A DNA stretch of 64,000 nucleotides from an uncultured delta proteobacterium (GCA_963772835.1 CAVYYZ010000002.1:467710-531709), one strand, 5' to 3'. Shown: positions 10,197 to 20,248, counted from the first letter of the stretch. Notes: a model not told the origin generated them from the sequence alone. A program made the numbers and translations.

Positions 10197-10891
10197 CGCG
10201 GCCTCTCCCGCTGCTGAATAACCGTCAACAGATAATTGACTCCGAAGGCAAGAGTCAGCAGGATCAGCGACAGTGCGATTGCCATGTCGAAATTCCCCTT
10301 ACCGGTTTCCATAACGGTAGCCGTGGTCAGCACCCGAGTCTGCCCCTTGATATTACCCCCCACCATAATCGAGGCCCCCACCTCGGAAATGACACCTCCG
10401 AACCCGGCCATGACGGCAGCAAGCAGTGGTAGACGAGCTTCACGTACCAGTATCCATACCGTCTGAATCCTGGTAGCTCCCAGAGCTCGCACCTGAAGTT
10501 TGAGATTGGCAGGCAGGTTCTGTATCGAGGCAATGGTAATGCCGGTCACTATCGGTGTGGCTATCACCGCCTGGGCGAGAATCATGGCTGTTGGAGTGTA
10601 GAGGATTTCCAGAAAACCGAGCGGCCCGCTGCGCCAGAGGAAGAGCGTAATAAACAGTCCGACAACAACCGGCGGCAACCCCATGCCGGTGTTGACCAGG
10701 CTTATAAAAAAACGCCGGCCGGGGAAATCTGACAACGCCAGAAATACTCCAGCCGGGATTCCCGTACAGAGGCTGACAAACGTAGCGCTGCAGGAAATCC
10801 CCAGAGAAAGGAGTGTCACAGTCAGCACATCCCGATCAAGTGAGAATATCAGCGACAGTGCCGTGCGGATTCCATCGATAATAAGTTCCAT
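10193..10891 (-). CDS. tupB: Tungstate ABC transporter permease
   Basis: NTGMGLPPVVVGL, SGPLG, ISEVGASIMVGGNIKGQTRVLTTA are TupB hallmarks. Confidence 0.88.
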   Translation of the reverse strand: MELIIDGIRTALSLIFSLDRDVLTVTLLSLGISCSATFVSLCTGIPAGVFLALSDFPGRRFFISLVNTGMGLPPVVVGLFITLFLWRSGPLGFLEILYTPTAMILAQAVIATPIVTGITIASIQNLPANLKLQVRALGATRIQTVWILVREARLPLLAAVMAGFGGVISEVGASIMVGGNIKGQTRVLTTATVMETGKGNFDMAIALSLILLTLAFGVNYLLTVIQQRERPR

Positions 10892-10987
10892 CCAATCACC
10901 AGTTGATTACAGGTTTTTACCGTTACCCGGCATGCAGCGTGCGAATGTTTTTCCGTAGGTGTCCGTACGTGAATCTGAAAAAAGAAC

Positions 10988-11016
10988 AAAAAAACCCTTT
11001 TCTTGGCAGAAAAGGG
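10988..11016 (-). terminator. Expression-platform terminator in the tupBC leader
   Basis: Minus strand CCCTTTTC-TGCCAA-GAAAAGGG followed by T7, between the RNA motif and tupB. Confidence 0.8.
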
Positions 11017-11051
11017 ACGCGGACAAACCACCTGAAGTGGCACGTCATACA

Positions 11052-11157
11052 CTGGGTCCCCTTTTCGAAAGGAGGGCGGCGCTGTTTCCGGCGACACCCG
11101 CAGGTTGCAGGCCATGAGGATTTTTACCCGGTAGACGTGTGCAACTCGGAGAGTGGT
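11052..11157 (-). ncRNA. Moco RNA motif (molybdenum/tungsten cofactor riboswitch candidate), P3-less variant
   Basis: Minus strand CTCCGAGTTGCA...ATGGCCTGCAAC...GGGT...GGAAAC...GCCCTCC...GAAAAGGGG matches the Moco motif layout; sits upstream of tupBC and a terminator. Confidence 0.78.
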
Positions 11158-11341
11158 GATTTCGGGGCACTATAGCTTCAAGAGTGCGAAGTGGCAAGCT
11201 ATAATAAATATCTGAAAAACAGTTTTTCAACAGTAACACGTTTTTTATATTTAAGTGATTGACTCCTTATTTTCACTCTTGTATTTTATTCGTGCCACTA
11301 ATTATTGATTCGTACTTTACCAATAAAGGCAGTTGTTATTT

Positions 11342-12406
11342 ATGCATATGGCTGATGCACTACTATCACCGACGGTCGGCGGGGCGATGTGGACCATTAC
11401 CGCCTTCACCATCGCTTACTGCTCCAAAAAAGTTCGCAGCGAGATGGATGACCGCAAAATCCCTCTTATGGGAGTCTTGGGTGCGTTTATCTTTGCCGCA
11501 CAGATGATCAATTTCACTATCCCGGTTACCGGTTCCAGCGGCCATCTCGGTGGGGGGTTGATACTCTCCATCCTTCTCGGACCGTACGCAGCCTTTCTAA
11601 CCATAGCATCGGTACTGGTGGTTCAGGCGCTCTTTTTTGCTGACGGCGGACTTCTGGCACTGGGATGCAATATTTTCAATCTCGGATTTTTCCCTGCATT
11701 TGTCGCCTATCCTTTTATTTACCGGAAGATCAGCGGTAGCACTCCGTCTCCGGCCAGAATATCATTTGCGGCTATGGCCGCTGCCGTCATCGGCTTACAG
11801 CTGGGTGCCTTCGGAGTCGTTGTGGAAACTTTTGCGTCCGGAATTTCCTCGCTCCCTTTCGCAACCTTTGCCGGAATCATGCAACCTATCCATCTCGCAA
11901 TCGGAATGGTTGAAGGCCTGGTGACAGCCTCCGTAATCTCTTTTGTCTACAAGGCAAAACCGGAAATCCTTCAAAGCCCCGTGAATGAAGATCCGACAGA
12001 TGCTCACCCGTTTAGAAATGTCATTCTGATCTTCCTGGCACTGGCCGTTCTTTGCGGCGGCGTTTTGGCCTGGTTTGCATCAACGCTTCCAGACGGGCTC
12101 GAATGGTCAATCAGCAAAGCCGGCGGCCTGAAGGAGCTAAAGGATTCCGGGCAGAAATCGCACGGCACATTGGCGACGTTTCAGAAAAAGCTTTCTTTCC
12201 TGCCGGATTACTCTTTCAAAAAATCTTCTGAAGAGATGAAAAGCGAGCCCCTCCCCGCTGATAGTCAGACGCAAAAACAGGAGGTGGCAAAAACCGGGGG
12301 AAGCAGACTCGCCACCACTGTTTCAGGAATGGTTGGCGGCACGTTGACCCTGGGACTTTCGCTTATTATCGCATTCTTCATAAAACGCAGATCCCGAAAG
12401 GCTTAA
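11342..12406 (+). CDS. ECF Ni/Co transporter substrate component, CbiM/NikM fused to a PDGLE (NikN-like) domain
   Basis: N-terminal MHMADA metal-binding motif, GSSGHLGG, FADGG, C-terminal ASTLPDGLEW. Confidence 0.88.
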   Translation: MHMADALLSPTVGGAMWTITAFTIAYCSKKVRSEMDDRKIPLMGVLGAFIFAAQMINFTIPVTGSSGHLGGGLILSILLGPYAAFLTIASVLVVQALFFADGGLLALGCNIFNLGFFPAFVAYPFIYRKISGSTPSPARISFAAMAAAVIGLQLGAFGVVVETFASGISSLPFATFAGIMQPIHLAIGMVEGLVTASVISFVYKAKPEILQSPVNEDPTDAHPFRNVILIFLALAVLCGGVLAWFASTLPDGLEWSISKAGGLKELKDSGQKSHGTLATFQKKLSFLPDYSFKKSSEEMKSEPLPADSQTQKQEVAKTGGSRLATTVSGMVGGTLTLGLSLIIAFFIKRRSRKA

Positions 12407-12527
12407 ACCGATACAAAAAAGAGATATACCGTTAATTTTTAACAAGGATCATCCTTGACATAATTGTTGAGTGCGTGGTATTCAAGCAACGTAACTGTGT
12501 GTTGAGGCTGTATGAAAATTGAATAAC

Positions 12528-12809
12528 GAATCAGGGTGCCCACACGGGCTTTAAAGGGAAGAGGGGTGAAATCCAAATTCCAGGACGGGGATACAATCAG
12601 TGTGGCAGGAATTGAGGCAACGAGGCGTGCGGAATCAAGCGTTGAGGAACCGAAATCAGGCCGGCGGAGATAGCCCCTCACTTGGAATTTAGAAGAGTCC
12701 CCCGCGGACCCGCCGCTGTAAGCGAGGACGAAGGGCATAATGCCACTGGTTGAAAGACCGGGAAGGCGCCTGGAGGGTGAATCGCAAGCCAGAAGACCTG
12801 CCATGATTC
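12528..12809 (+). ncRNA. Cobalamin riboswitch (class I) with a large insertion in L4
   Basis: GGTGCC..AAGGGAA..GGGGTGA [insert] GAGTCCCC..CCCGCCGCTGTAA..GCCACTG..GGGAAGGC..AGCCAGAAGACCTGCC (B12 box); P1 GAATCA/TGATTC; upstream of cbiMNQO. Confidence 0.9.
12570..12694. repeat. 125-nt palindromic (MITE/RPE-like) insertion inside the riboswitch
   Basis: Terminal inverted repeats TCCAAATTCCAGG / CTTGGAATTTAGA plus inner GGGGATA/TAGCCCC; removal restores GGGG-TGAGAGT-CCCC. Confidence 0.65.
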
Positions 12810-12873
12810 TTACCACTCTGCATTTCCCGGGGGACCGGGGGAGTGAAATACGCGTAATGAGACTTTGAATACG

Positions 12874-12913
12874 AAAAGTCCGCATGCTGCTCTCGCAGGT
12901 GCGGACTTTTTTT
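12874..12913 (+). terminator. Riboswitch-controlled intrinsic terminator before cbiM
   Basis: AAAAGTCCGCA...TGCGGACTTTTTTT. Confidence 0.85.
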
Positions 12914-12955
12914 GTTTGTTGCCACAAACCGGGACACCCCGGCTGGAGACTGAAG

Positions 12956-13633
12956 ATGCACATCATGGAAGGTTTTTTACCGGTGAAACATGCCATAGGT
13001 TGGAGCGTTGCCTCTGCTCCTTTTATAGGCTACGGACTCCACTCAATTAACAGACGGATCAAGGAACATCCGGAGCAGCGTATGCTGCTGGGAGTTGCTG
13101 CTGCTTTCACATTTGTCCTTTCTGCTCTGAAACTCCCCTCAGTAACCGGGAGTTGTTCTCACCCCACCGGCACGGGACTCGGGGCCATACTGTTCGGGCC
13201 TTCAGCAATGGCTCCTATCGGAGCGGTGGTACTGCTGTTCCAGGCTATTCTACTTGCTCATGGAGGCATAACCACACTTGGGGCCAATATTTGCTCGATG
13301 GCGGTTGTGGGACCTTTTGCCGCTGCAGCTATTTACCGGTTTGCCAGATTTGCGAGACTCCCCTTTGGGTTTTCAATCTTTCTCGCAGCATCGTGTGCAG
13401 ACCTTCTTACCTATATCACCACGTCGGCACAGTTGGCATATGCTTTTCCCGACCCCGCAGGCGGCTTTGCTGTCTCTTTTGTAAAATTTGCATCCGTTTT
13501 TGCCATAACTCAGATTCCGCTGGCAATCAGCGAAGGGCTGCTGACAGTTGTGGTTATGAATGCCCTGTCTCGTTTCAATGCACAGGAACTGAAAGAGATG
13601 GACGTAGTAACCGCTCAGGAGGTGCAGGTATGA
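12956..13633 (+). CDS. cbiM: Cobalt ECF transporter S component
   Basis: MHIMEGFLP start, [29 protein letters not shown]. Confidence 0.95.
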   Translation: MHIMEGFLPVKHAIGWSVASAPFIGYGLHSINRRIKEHPEQRMLLGVAAAFTFVLSALKLPSVTGSCSHPTGTGLGAILFGPSAMAPIGAVVLLFQAILLAHGGITTLGANICSMAVVGPFAAAAIYRFARFARLPFGFSIFLAASCADLLTYITTSAQLAYAFPDPAGGFAVSFVKFASVFAITQIPLAISEGLLTVVVMNALSRFNAQELKEMDVVTAQEVQV

Positions 13634-13965
13634 AGCGGTATCAAAACCTCTTGATGATAATCGGCGTGATTTTCTTGATTGCACTGCCGCTCTGGATGGT
13701 GAAAAGGCCCGTTGCGGGACCCGACGGCAAAAACGTAGAAATATTCAGGGGGGCCGACGATCAGGCTAAAGATCTCATCAGCAAGATCGATCCCGGATAT
13801 AAGCCCTGGTTCAAGCCCTTGATGGAACCACCAAGCGGTGAGGTCGGTTCCCTGCTTTTTGCCCTCCAGGCTGCACTTGGTGCCGGTTTCATCGGCTATT
13901 ATCTGGGAGTGTCAACCACCCGTGCCCGAATGCGTCGTGAGAATCATACGGAAGCCCGGTGCTGA
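13630..13965 (+). CDS. cbiN: Cobalt transporter component CbiN
   Basis: [37 protein letters not shown] overlap with cbiM. Confidence 0.93.
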   Translation: MKRYQNLLMIIGVIFLIALPLWMVKRPVAGPDGKNVEIFRGADDQAKDLISKIDPGYKPWFKPLMEPPSGEVGSLLFALQAALGAGFIGYYLGVSTTRARMRRENHTEARC

Positions 13966-14705
13966 CGGAACAGTGTGCCTATACAAACCGCTGGCGGCAG
14001 GTATCACCCGTCGCAAAAGGGTGTTTCTCCCTCTGCGGCATTGTTGCCGCCTTTGCTGCGGGCTCCCCCCGGACAGCTCTGTCAATTGCTTTCGTTCTGG
14101 CGTCAGTTTCGATTATCGGCGCCGGCATCCCCCTCAACCGTTACCTTCGGATAGCCGCTCCTCCGCTCCTCTTTCTACTGGCAAGTATTCTGTCACTGGT
14201 TATTTCGTTTGATCCGGTAACTTTGGGTGAAGGGTTCTCCCTCCACCTGGCCGTTTCGGAACTCCCCCGCATTGCCCAGGTCAGCAGTCGTTCACTTGCA
14301 TGCCTGACGGCACTGCTGTTTCTTGCTTTAACCACCCCGCTCTCGGATATCATCTCTCTGTTGCGGCGATGCAGGCTTCCGGATACCCTGCTCGATCTGA
14401 TGACTCTCTGCTACCGGACTCTCTTTGTATTGTCTGAAGCGATTCATGATACTATTACCGCTCAGTCTGCCCGTCTCGGGTATACTACACTGTCCATATC
14501 CATGCGTTCGCTCGGCGGTCTCATTACCAACCTGATCATCCAGGTCTGGCAGCGAAGCCTCGCACTTCATACAGCCGCCCTGGCACGCAACAACGACGGT
14601 GCTCTCCGTTTTCTCGATAACCGCCATACCAACTCACGAAAGGACATATCCATTGCTGCGGCGGCAGGAGTGTTGCTCGTTATCCTGACACGTATTTTGC
14701 CATGA
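13959..14705 (+). CDS. cbiQ: Cobalt ECF transporter T component
   Basis: Hydrophobic; LFLALTTP, CYR, AQSARLGY, ALAR motifs. Confidence 0.9.
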   Translation: MLTEQCAYTNRWRQVSPVAKGCFSLCGIVAAFAAGSPRTALSIAFVLASVSIIGAGIPLNRYLRIAAPPLLFLLASILSLVISFDPVTLGEGFSLHLAVSELPRIAQVSSRSLACLTALLFLALTTPLSDIISLLRRCRLPDTLLDLMTLCYRTLFVLSEAIHDTITAQSARLGYTTLSISMRSLGGLITNLIIQVWQRSLALHTAALARNNDGALRFLDNRHTNSRKDISIAAAAGVLLVILTRILP

Positions 14706-15559
14706 CCGATTCAATCCTGACATTGAAGGATGTCTCCTATCGCTATCCTGACGGAACAAGCGCACTTAACAGCTGTTCCCTTTCGATCCGCCGCAGTTCG
14801 CGCACCGCCGTTCTCGGTGCCAACGGCGCCGGAAAAACCACTATGTTTCTCCATCTGAATGGCATCCTGCGCCCCTCTGCCGGCCAGGTATGCCGGGAGG
14901 GAATTCCGCTTGATTACAGTCGCACAGGCATGCGGAAGCTGCGCAGTCTGGTCGGGCTTGTCTTCCAGAACCCGGATAACCAGCTGTTTTCGGCCAGTGT
15001 GCGTGAAGATGTCTCCTTCGGACCGATGAATATGAGACTTGAAGAAGCAGAAGTGCGGCAACGGGTTGAAGAGGCGTTGCTGGCGGTAGGTATGTCGGCC
15101 TCTGCAGACAGGCCGGTCCACAACCTGAGTTACGGGCAGAAAAAGCGCATCTGTATCGCCGGCGTACTTGCCATGCGGCCCGAAATACTTGTACTTGACG
15201 AACCGATGGCAGGACTTGACACCGCAATGCAGGAAGAACTTGCAACCATCCTCGAACAACAGCATGCAGCAGGTATGACGACTGTTATTGCAACTCATGA
15301 CCTTGATTTTGCCTATGGTTGGGCGGATGACGTTGTTGTACTGAAGTCGGGACGACTTCTCGCTCACGGTTCTCCGGCGGAGATACTGCTGCGTGAGGAT
15401 GTGCGGCAGGCGCTTGGCGCAACTCCATTGGTGGCAGAAATTACCCGTTCACTTTCCTTGATTGGTATCGATCTTCGTGATAATGGGTATCTACCACGCA
15501 GTAAAATCGAATTACTGCAGGCAATCAACGCACAGAACAGACGGGAGAACGTCCAATGA
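14702..15559 (+). CDS. cbiO: Cobalt ECF transporter ATPase
   Basis: GANGAGKTT, VFQNPDNQLF, LSYGQKKR, LDEP. Confidence 0.9.
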   Translation: MTDSILTLKDVSYRYPDGTSALNSCSLSIRRSSRTAVLGANGAGKTTMFLHLNGILRPSAGQVCREGIPLDYSRTGMRKLRSLVGLVFQNPDNQLFSASVREDVSFGPMNMRLEEAEVRQRVEEALLAVGMSASADRPVHNLSYGQKKRICIAGVLAMRPEILVLDEPMAGLDTAMQEELATILEQQHAAGMTTVIATHDLDFAYGWADDVVVLKSGRLLAHGSPAEILLREDVRQALGATPLVAEITRSLSLIGIDLRDNGYLPRSKIELLQAINAQNRRENVQ

Positions 15560-16551
15560 TCATTGTAACCGGAGGGGCTGGACTGATCGGCAGTGCCGTA
15601 GTTCAGCATTTAAACGCACGAGGCAGGGAAGATATCCTTATCGTCGACCATCTGGGGCACACAGACAAATGGCGTAACCTGTCTCCGCTCCGCTTCATGG
15701 ATTACCTGGAGAAAGATACGTTCGAACGAATACTGGATGACGGGAAACTGGCCGAACGCCTCCCTGGCGGCGAAACTCTTGACGCGGTCATACACCTGGG
15801 TGCATGTTCCGCCACTACCGAACCTGATGCCACGTACCTGATCAGAAATAATTTTGAATATTCCCGCAAGCTGGCCCTGATCGCCCTGGCAGCCGGCGCC
15901 CGTTTTATCTATGCGTCCAGCGCCGCCACGTACGGAGACGGTGAGTACGGCTTTGTCGATGATGAAAGCCAAATGGCGCTTCTCCGTCCGATGAACATGT
16001 ACGGATACTCAAAACATCTCTTCGACCTCTGGGCGCTGCGCCGGGGAATCCTTGACAAAATTGTCGGTATAAAATATTTCAACGTCTACGGCCCCAATGA
16101 ACAGCACAAAGGGGACATGCGCTCCCTCGTACTCAAGGCATATGAGCAGATCGGTGCCACCGGTGCTCTCCGGCTGTTCAAGTCACATCGCCCGGAATAC
16201 GGTGACGGCGAACAGCTGCGCGACTTTGTCTATGTCAAAGATGCCGCGGCCATGACCCTCCACTTTCTCCAGAACAGCGGCACAAACGGGATTTTCAACG
16301 TTGGCGGCGGCACAACCGTCAGCTGGAACCGGCTGGCCCTCGCCGTCTTCAGCGCCATGGAGAAACCGGTTAACATCGAGTATATTGATATGCCGGAATC
16401 GATTCGAGGCACTTACCAGTACATGACCTGTGCCGACACCGTCAAGATCCGTGCAGCCGGCTATCTGGAACCGGTTGTTCCCGTTGAAGAAGCGGTCGCC
16501 GATTACATCCGGAACTATCTCGTCCCGGCAAAAAGACTGGGAGACTTATAA
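15556..16551 (+). CDS. rfaD: ADP-L-glycero-D-manno-heptose 6-epimerase
   Basis: MIIVTGGAGLIGS, HLGACSAT, YASSAATYG, YGYSK, YFNVYGPNE.HKG.M. Confidence 0.93.
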   Translation: MIIVTGGAGLIGSAVVQHLNARGREDILIVDHLGHTDKWRNLSPLRFMDYLEKDTFERILDDGKLAERLPGGETLDAVIHLGACSATTEPDATYLIRNNFEYSRKLALIALAAGARFIYASSAATYGDGEYGFVDDESQMALLRPMNMYGYSKHLFDLWALRRGILDKIVGIKYFNVYGPNEQHKGDMRSLVLKAYEQIGATGALRLFKSHRPEYGDGEQLRDFVYVKDAAAMTLHFLQNSGTNGIFNVGGGTTVSWNRLALAVFSAMEKPVNIEYIDMPESIRGTYQYMTCADTVKIRAAGYLEPVVPVEEAVADYIRNYLVPAKRLGDL

Positions 16552-16640
16552 CGATACTGCTGTGGGCTGCCTGCATATCCTGACCCGCATTTTTTCATTT
16601 TTCTCTGTTTGAACCCAATTTCACATTTGACAGGTATCCC

Positions 16641-17588
16641 ATGTCCCTCGCAGAGCAGGTATTAGATGGAAACATTCGCGCCGCCGCACGGTTGATGCGC
16701 GACATCGACGATGGCCGAACCCAGGCTGTTGAAGAGCTGAAGCGGCTCTACTCTCAAACAGGCAACGCCTTCATTATAGGCATCACCGGCCCTCCTGGGG
16801 CCGGCAAATCGACACTTGTTGATCAACTGACTACATCGTTTCGCGGACGTGGAAAAAAAGTTGGAGTTGTCGCAATCGATCCCACCAGCCCCTTTACCGG
16901 CGGTGCGATTCTGGGCGACCGCATCCGCATGAATCGTCATTCCTGCGATGAAGGGGTTTTCATCCGCAGCTTGGCTACTCGAGGAGCCCTCGGGGGACTT
17001 TCCCGCTCAACGTCAGATGTCGCTCTGGTGATGGATGCCCTCGGAATGGATATTATTATTATTGAAACGGTCGGAGTCGGGCAGGATGAAGTTGACATCG
17101 TCAAGGAAGCTCATACAACCTGTGTCGTTATGGTGCCCGGACTCGGTGATGACATTCAGGCCATCAAAGCCGGGATCCTTGAAATCGGTGATATTTTTGT
17201 CGTCAACAAAGCCGACCGGGAAGGGGCGGACCGGACGACCAGAGAGTTGAAGACCATGCTGGAAATGCGCCATCCTGTGGAAGGAAATTGGAATCCAAAG
17301 GTTATGAAAACTGAAGCACAGCGAGGTGCCGGCATAGAAGAGCTGACAGATGAAATTTTGTTACACCGCGATTTTTTCTTGTCAGGCGATGCTGTTAACG
17401 GTTTTATACAGGATCGAAACCAGCGCCATTTCATGAGTATCCTGCGCGACACACTGCTCAGAAAAGCACTGTTATTCATGGCAAAAGACAATTATCTTGA
17501 CAGGGTTATTGCAGAGATGAGTGACCATCGCATCGATCCGTATTCAGCGGTAGAGCATATAGTTTCGAAGATGATGCCGGATAATTGA
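16641..17588 (+). CDS. meaB: Mutase-associated GTPase MeaB (ArgK/LAO-AO family)
   Basis: GITGPPGAGKST, DPTSPFTGGAILGDRIRM, ETVGVGQDE, NKAD. Confidence 0.93.
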   Translation: MSLAEQVLDGNIRAAARLMRDIDDGRTQAVEELKRLYSQTGNAFIIGITGPPGAGKSTLVDQLTTSFRGRGKKVGVVAIDPTSPFTGGAILGDRIRMNRHSCDEGVFIRSLATRGALGGLSRSTSDVALVMDALGMDIIIIETVGVGQDEVDIVKEAHTTCVVMVPGLGDDIQAIKAGILEIGDIFVVNKADREGADRTTRELKTMLEMRHPVEGNWNPKVMKTEAQRGAGIEELTDEILLHRDFFLSGDAVNGFIQDRNQRHFMSILRDTLLRKALLFMAKDNYLDRVIAEMSDHRIDPYSAVEHIVSKMMPDN

Positions 17589-17829
17589 AAACATTTTTTA
17601 CACACCGGGCATAGGGACAACAGAGAAGATCTGAGAGCATTCGGTTAAATACAACCATTAATACTCTGCAGTTTTGTGTGATACGTGTTTCATGCAATGC
17701 TCTGTTTTCTCTGTAACTCGGCACTCTGTGGCCTTCCGTCTGTGGTTTGTCGGTTTAGAAGTTGAATTTTTCCTGAATTGCTCTATACTTTATCTAATGA
17801 ACATCCATATTATTTGACAGGAGCACAAA

Positions 17830-18225
17830 ATGCCACTGACCGGAATCGCCCTGATAATTATTGCTGTAGCGCTCTGTGTTCTGGTATTGACGATGATCCC
17901 GACACTCATAGCGGTCAAACGGACTGCAGTCTCGGTCGGAGAGCTGGCGGGGATGGTTCAGAATGAGTTGAAACCGGCCCTTCAGGAGTTGACCGGCGTA
18001 CTGGCGGAATTGAAGACGGTGAGCGGCGGGATGGCCGAACATACAACTGATGTCAAACGTTTTATGTCGGCTTTGGGGGAGGCAGGTGTTAATCTAAGCA
18101 CAATCAATCGTTCGGTAGGTGTTGTCGCAGGCATTCTCAACACCACTACGGTCTGGGCCACCGGAACCAAAGTGGCGGCAAAATACATGTTTGAACGGTA
18201 TCTAAAAAAAAGAGGGGGTATGTAA
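17830..18225 (+). CDS. DUF948-like membrane-anchored coiled-coil protein
   Basis: N-terminal TM helix, heptad region, paired with YtxH as is typical. Confidence 0.7.
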   Translation: MPLTGIALIIIAVALCVLVLTMIPTLIAVKRTAVSVGELAGMVQNELKPALQELTGVLAELKTVSGGMAEHTTDVKRFMSALGEAGVNLSTINRSVGVVAGILNTTTVWATGTKVAAKYMFERYLKKRGGM

Positions 18226-18227
18226 TC

Positions 18228-18533
18228 ATGTCTGACAAATGTGAAGTTTCAGCAGGAACTGTATTGGTATCGTTTGTAGCCGGAGCTGCAATAGGCGCCG
18301 GCCTGGCACTGTTGTACGCACCGAAGAGCGGGCGCGAAATGCGTGAGAACATTCTTGACCTGACGGAAGATGCAGTAGACAAGATCAAAGAATACGCCAA
18401 GGAAGCTCAGGAAAAAATCAAAACGGCCGTCGAAGATGGCAAGGAAACCTTCGTTGAAAAGAAATCAGTCCTGGCGTCGGCTATTGAAGCCGGACGGGAA
18501 GCGATGCAGAGGGAGCGTACTTCGGCACCGTAA
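18228..18533 (+). CDS. YtxH domain protein
   Basis: FVAGAAIGAGLALLYAPKSGREMR. Confidence 0.88.
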   Translation: MSDKCEVSAGTVLVSFVAGAAIGAGLALLYAPKSGREMRENILDLTEDAVDKIKEYAKEAQEKIKTAVEDGKETFVEKKSVLASAIEAGREAMQRERTSAP

Positions 18534-18543
18534 CCGGAAGTTC

Positions 18544-18585
18544 ATGTAAAAAAGGAGCCCGCGATGACGGGCTCTTTTTTTACAT
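18544..18585 (+). terminator. Intrinsic terminator
   Basis: AAAAAAGGAGCCC...GGGCTCTTTTTTT. Confidence 0.75.
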
Positions 18586-18708
18586 AAGGCAGAAATCAGA
18601 TCTTCGACGCCGACCCCATCCATCGCACTACGCAATGGCAGGTACCCGTTTATACAGCAGTTTTCGCGTCATTGACTTTCGCGGCTGCTTCCTTTATACT
18701 TCCCCGCT

Positions 18709-20205
18709 ATGAAGATGATCAATCACTTTAAATATCTCGGCATCGTCCTGGCCGCCATGTTTTACGCGCTGCCTGTTGCTGCAACAGAGCCGATTCAGCC
18801 CCTGCTCGCTGAATTGACCCGGCCGAATGCTCCATCACTCGAACCATCTGAATTGCCTGCGCTTGTTCCTACTGCTAGTCTGGGAGTTGCGGGCCCCGCT
18901 TCGCCCGTAGCAACGCTGTTTTCACTTGAAGATTTGCGCAACTCCGGTGATGATGGCAATGATTTAGAGATGCCCGATGTCGATCTGCCGATTTCCGATA
19001 TCCCGTTGACGCTGAACAGTAAGGTTGAATATTTCCTGTACTATTTTCAGACCAGCAGCAAACCGTCCTTCTCTCGATGGCTCTCACACTCTTCCCGTTA
19101 TATTCCGATGATGAAAGAGATTCTAAAACGGGAAGGAATGCCGGAAGATCTGGTGTATGTAGCCATGATTGAGAGCGGGTTCCAGATGCATGCCCGCTCC
19201 TGGGCCAATGCGGTCGGTCCGTGGCAGTTTATCTCCGACACCGGACGACGCTATGACTTGCGAATCGACCAGTGGATTGATGAACGCAAAGACCCAGTTA
19301 AGGCAACCACCGCAGCAGCGCTGTACCTGAAGGAGCTGTACGGCATATTCAAAGGGGACTGGTATCTGGCGGCAGCAGGCTACAATGCCGGCGAGAATAA
19401 GATTCTCCGTGCCATCAGCATGTACAATACCAGCGACTTCTGGGAAATTTCGCGCGGTTCTTACCTGAAGCGCGAAACGAAGGAATATGTCCCCAAACTT
19501 CTGGCCGCAGCTATTATTGCCAAGGATCCCGCGCGCTACGGTTTTACCGACATAGCCTACCTGACACCAATTGAATACGACACCGTTACTATACCGACCC
19601 GTACCAATCTTGACCTTGCTGCAAAACTGAGCAACACAACCTACGAATCAATCAAGGAGCTTAATCCCGACCTGCGGCACTGGTGCACCCCACCGAACTA
19701 TCCCGACTATCAGCTCAAAATCCCGAAAGGAAGCAAACAGCTTTTTGAGACTGAATACGCCAAGATTCCGGAAGACCATCGTTATACGGAACGGGTTCTG
19801 TATAACCGTTATCAGGCGCGCGGGAAGGATACGCTCAAAAGCGTAGCCCGACGCTTCGGAACAACACCTGCGATACTTGCAGAGCTGAACGGCCTGCACT
19901 CCAAAAAAAGCCGTATAGCCGGAAAGTCACTGCTCGTGCCGGCCAAACAGACCTTTGACTTCAGCCATGAAGGGCGAACGGCCCGATCAACTGCTCCAGA
20001 GAAGGGGAGTTACGCGAAATATTACACGATAAAAAGGGGCGATACCCTCGGTTCTCTTTCAAAACGTTTTAATGTATCGACCAAACTGCTCTCTGCCTGG
20101 AACAATCTGAAAACAAAAGTGGCTCTTAAGCCGGGCCGGCGTATTGTTATAGCAAAGTTCACTGAAAAGAACGGAGAGATGGTTCCGGCAGAAGCTAAGA
20201 GCTGA
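18709..20205 (+). CDS. mltD: Lytic murein transglycosylase with LysM domains (MltD-like)
   Basis: AMIESGF, AVGPWQF, AAAGYNAGE, ETKEYVPK, two LysM repeats. Confidence 0.88.
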   Translation: MKMINHFKYLGIVLAAMFYALPVAATEPIQPLLAELTRPNAPSLEPSELPALVPTASLGVAGPASPVATLFSLEDLRNSGDDGNDLEMPDVDLPISDIPLTLNSKVEYFLYYFQTSSKPSFSRWLSHSSRYIPMMKEILKREGMPEDLVYVAMIESGFQMHARSWANAVGPWQFISDTGRRYDLRIDQWIDERKDPVKATTAAALYLKELYGIFKGDWYLAAAGYNAGENKILRAISMYNTSDFWEISRGSYLKRETKEYVPKLLAAAIIAKDPARYGFTDIAYLTPIEYDTVTIPTRTNLDLAAKLSNTTYESIKELNPDLRHWCTPPNYPDYQLKIPKGSKQLFETEYAKIPEDHRYTERVLYNRYQARGKDTLKSVARRFGTTPAILAELNGLHSKKSRIAGKSLLVPAKQTFDFSHEGRTARSTAPEKGSYAKYYTIKRGDTLGSLSKRFNVSTKLLSAWNNLKTKVALKPGRRIVIAKFTEKNGEMVPAEAKS

Positions 20206-20248
20206 CTCACGTTTATCCTATTGTCTCTTCGAATGAAAGGAAGTCCCG

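Noticed and set aside
11292..11318. NikR-like operator GTGCCAC-N13-GTACTTT before the NikMN-like gene
   Set aside because: Second half-site is poor; cannot be supported without a PWM
17596..17750. CACAGAG/CTCTGTG-type inverted repeat after meaB
   Set aside because: Too degenerate to define boundaries by eye
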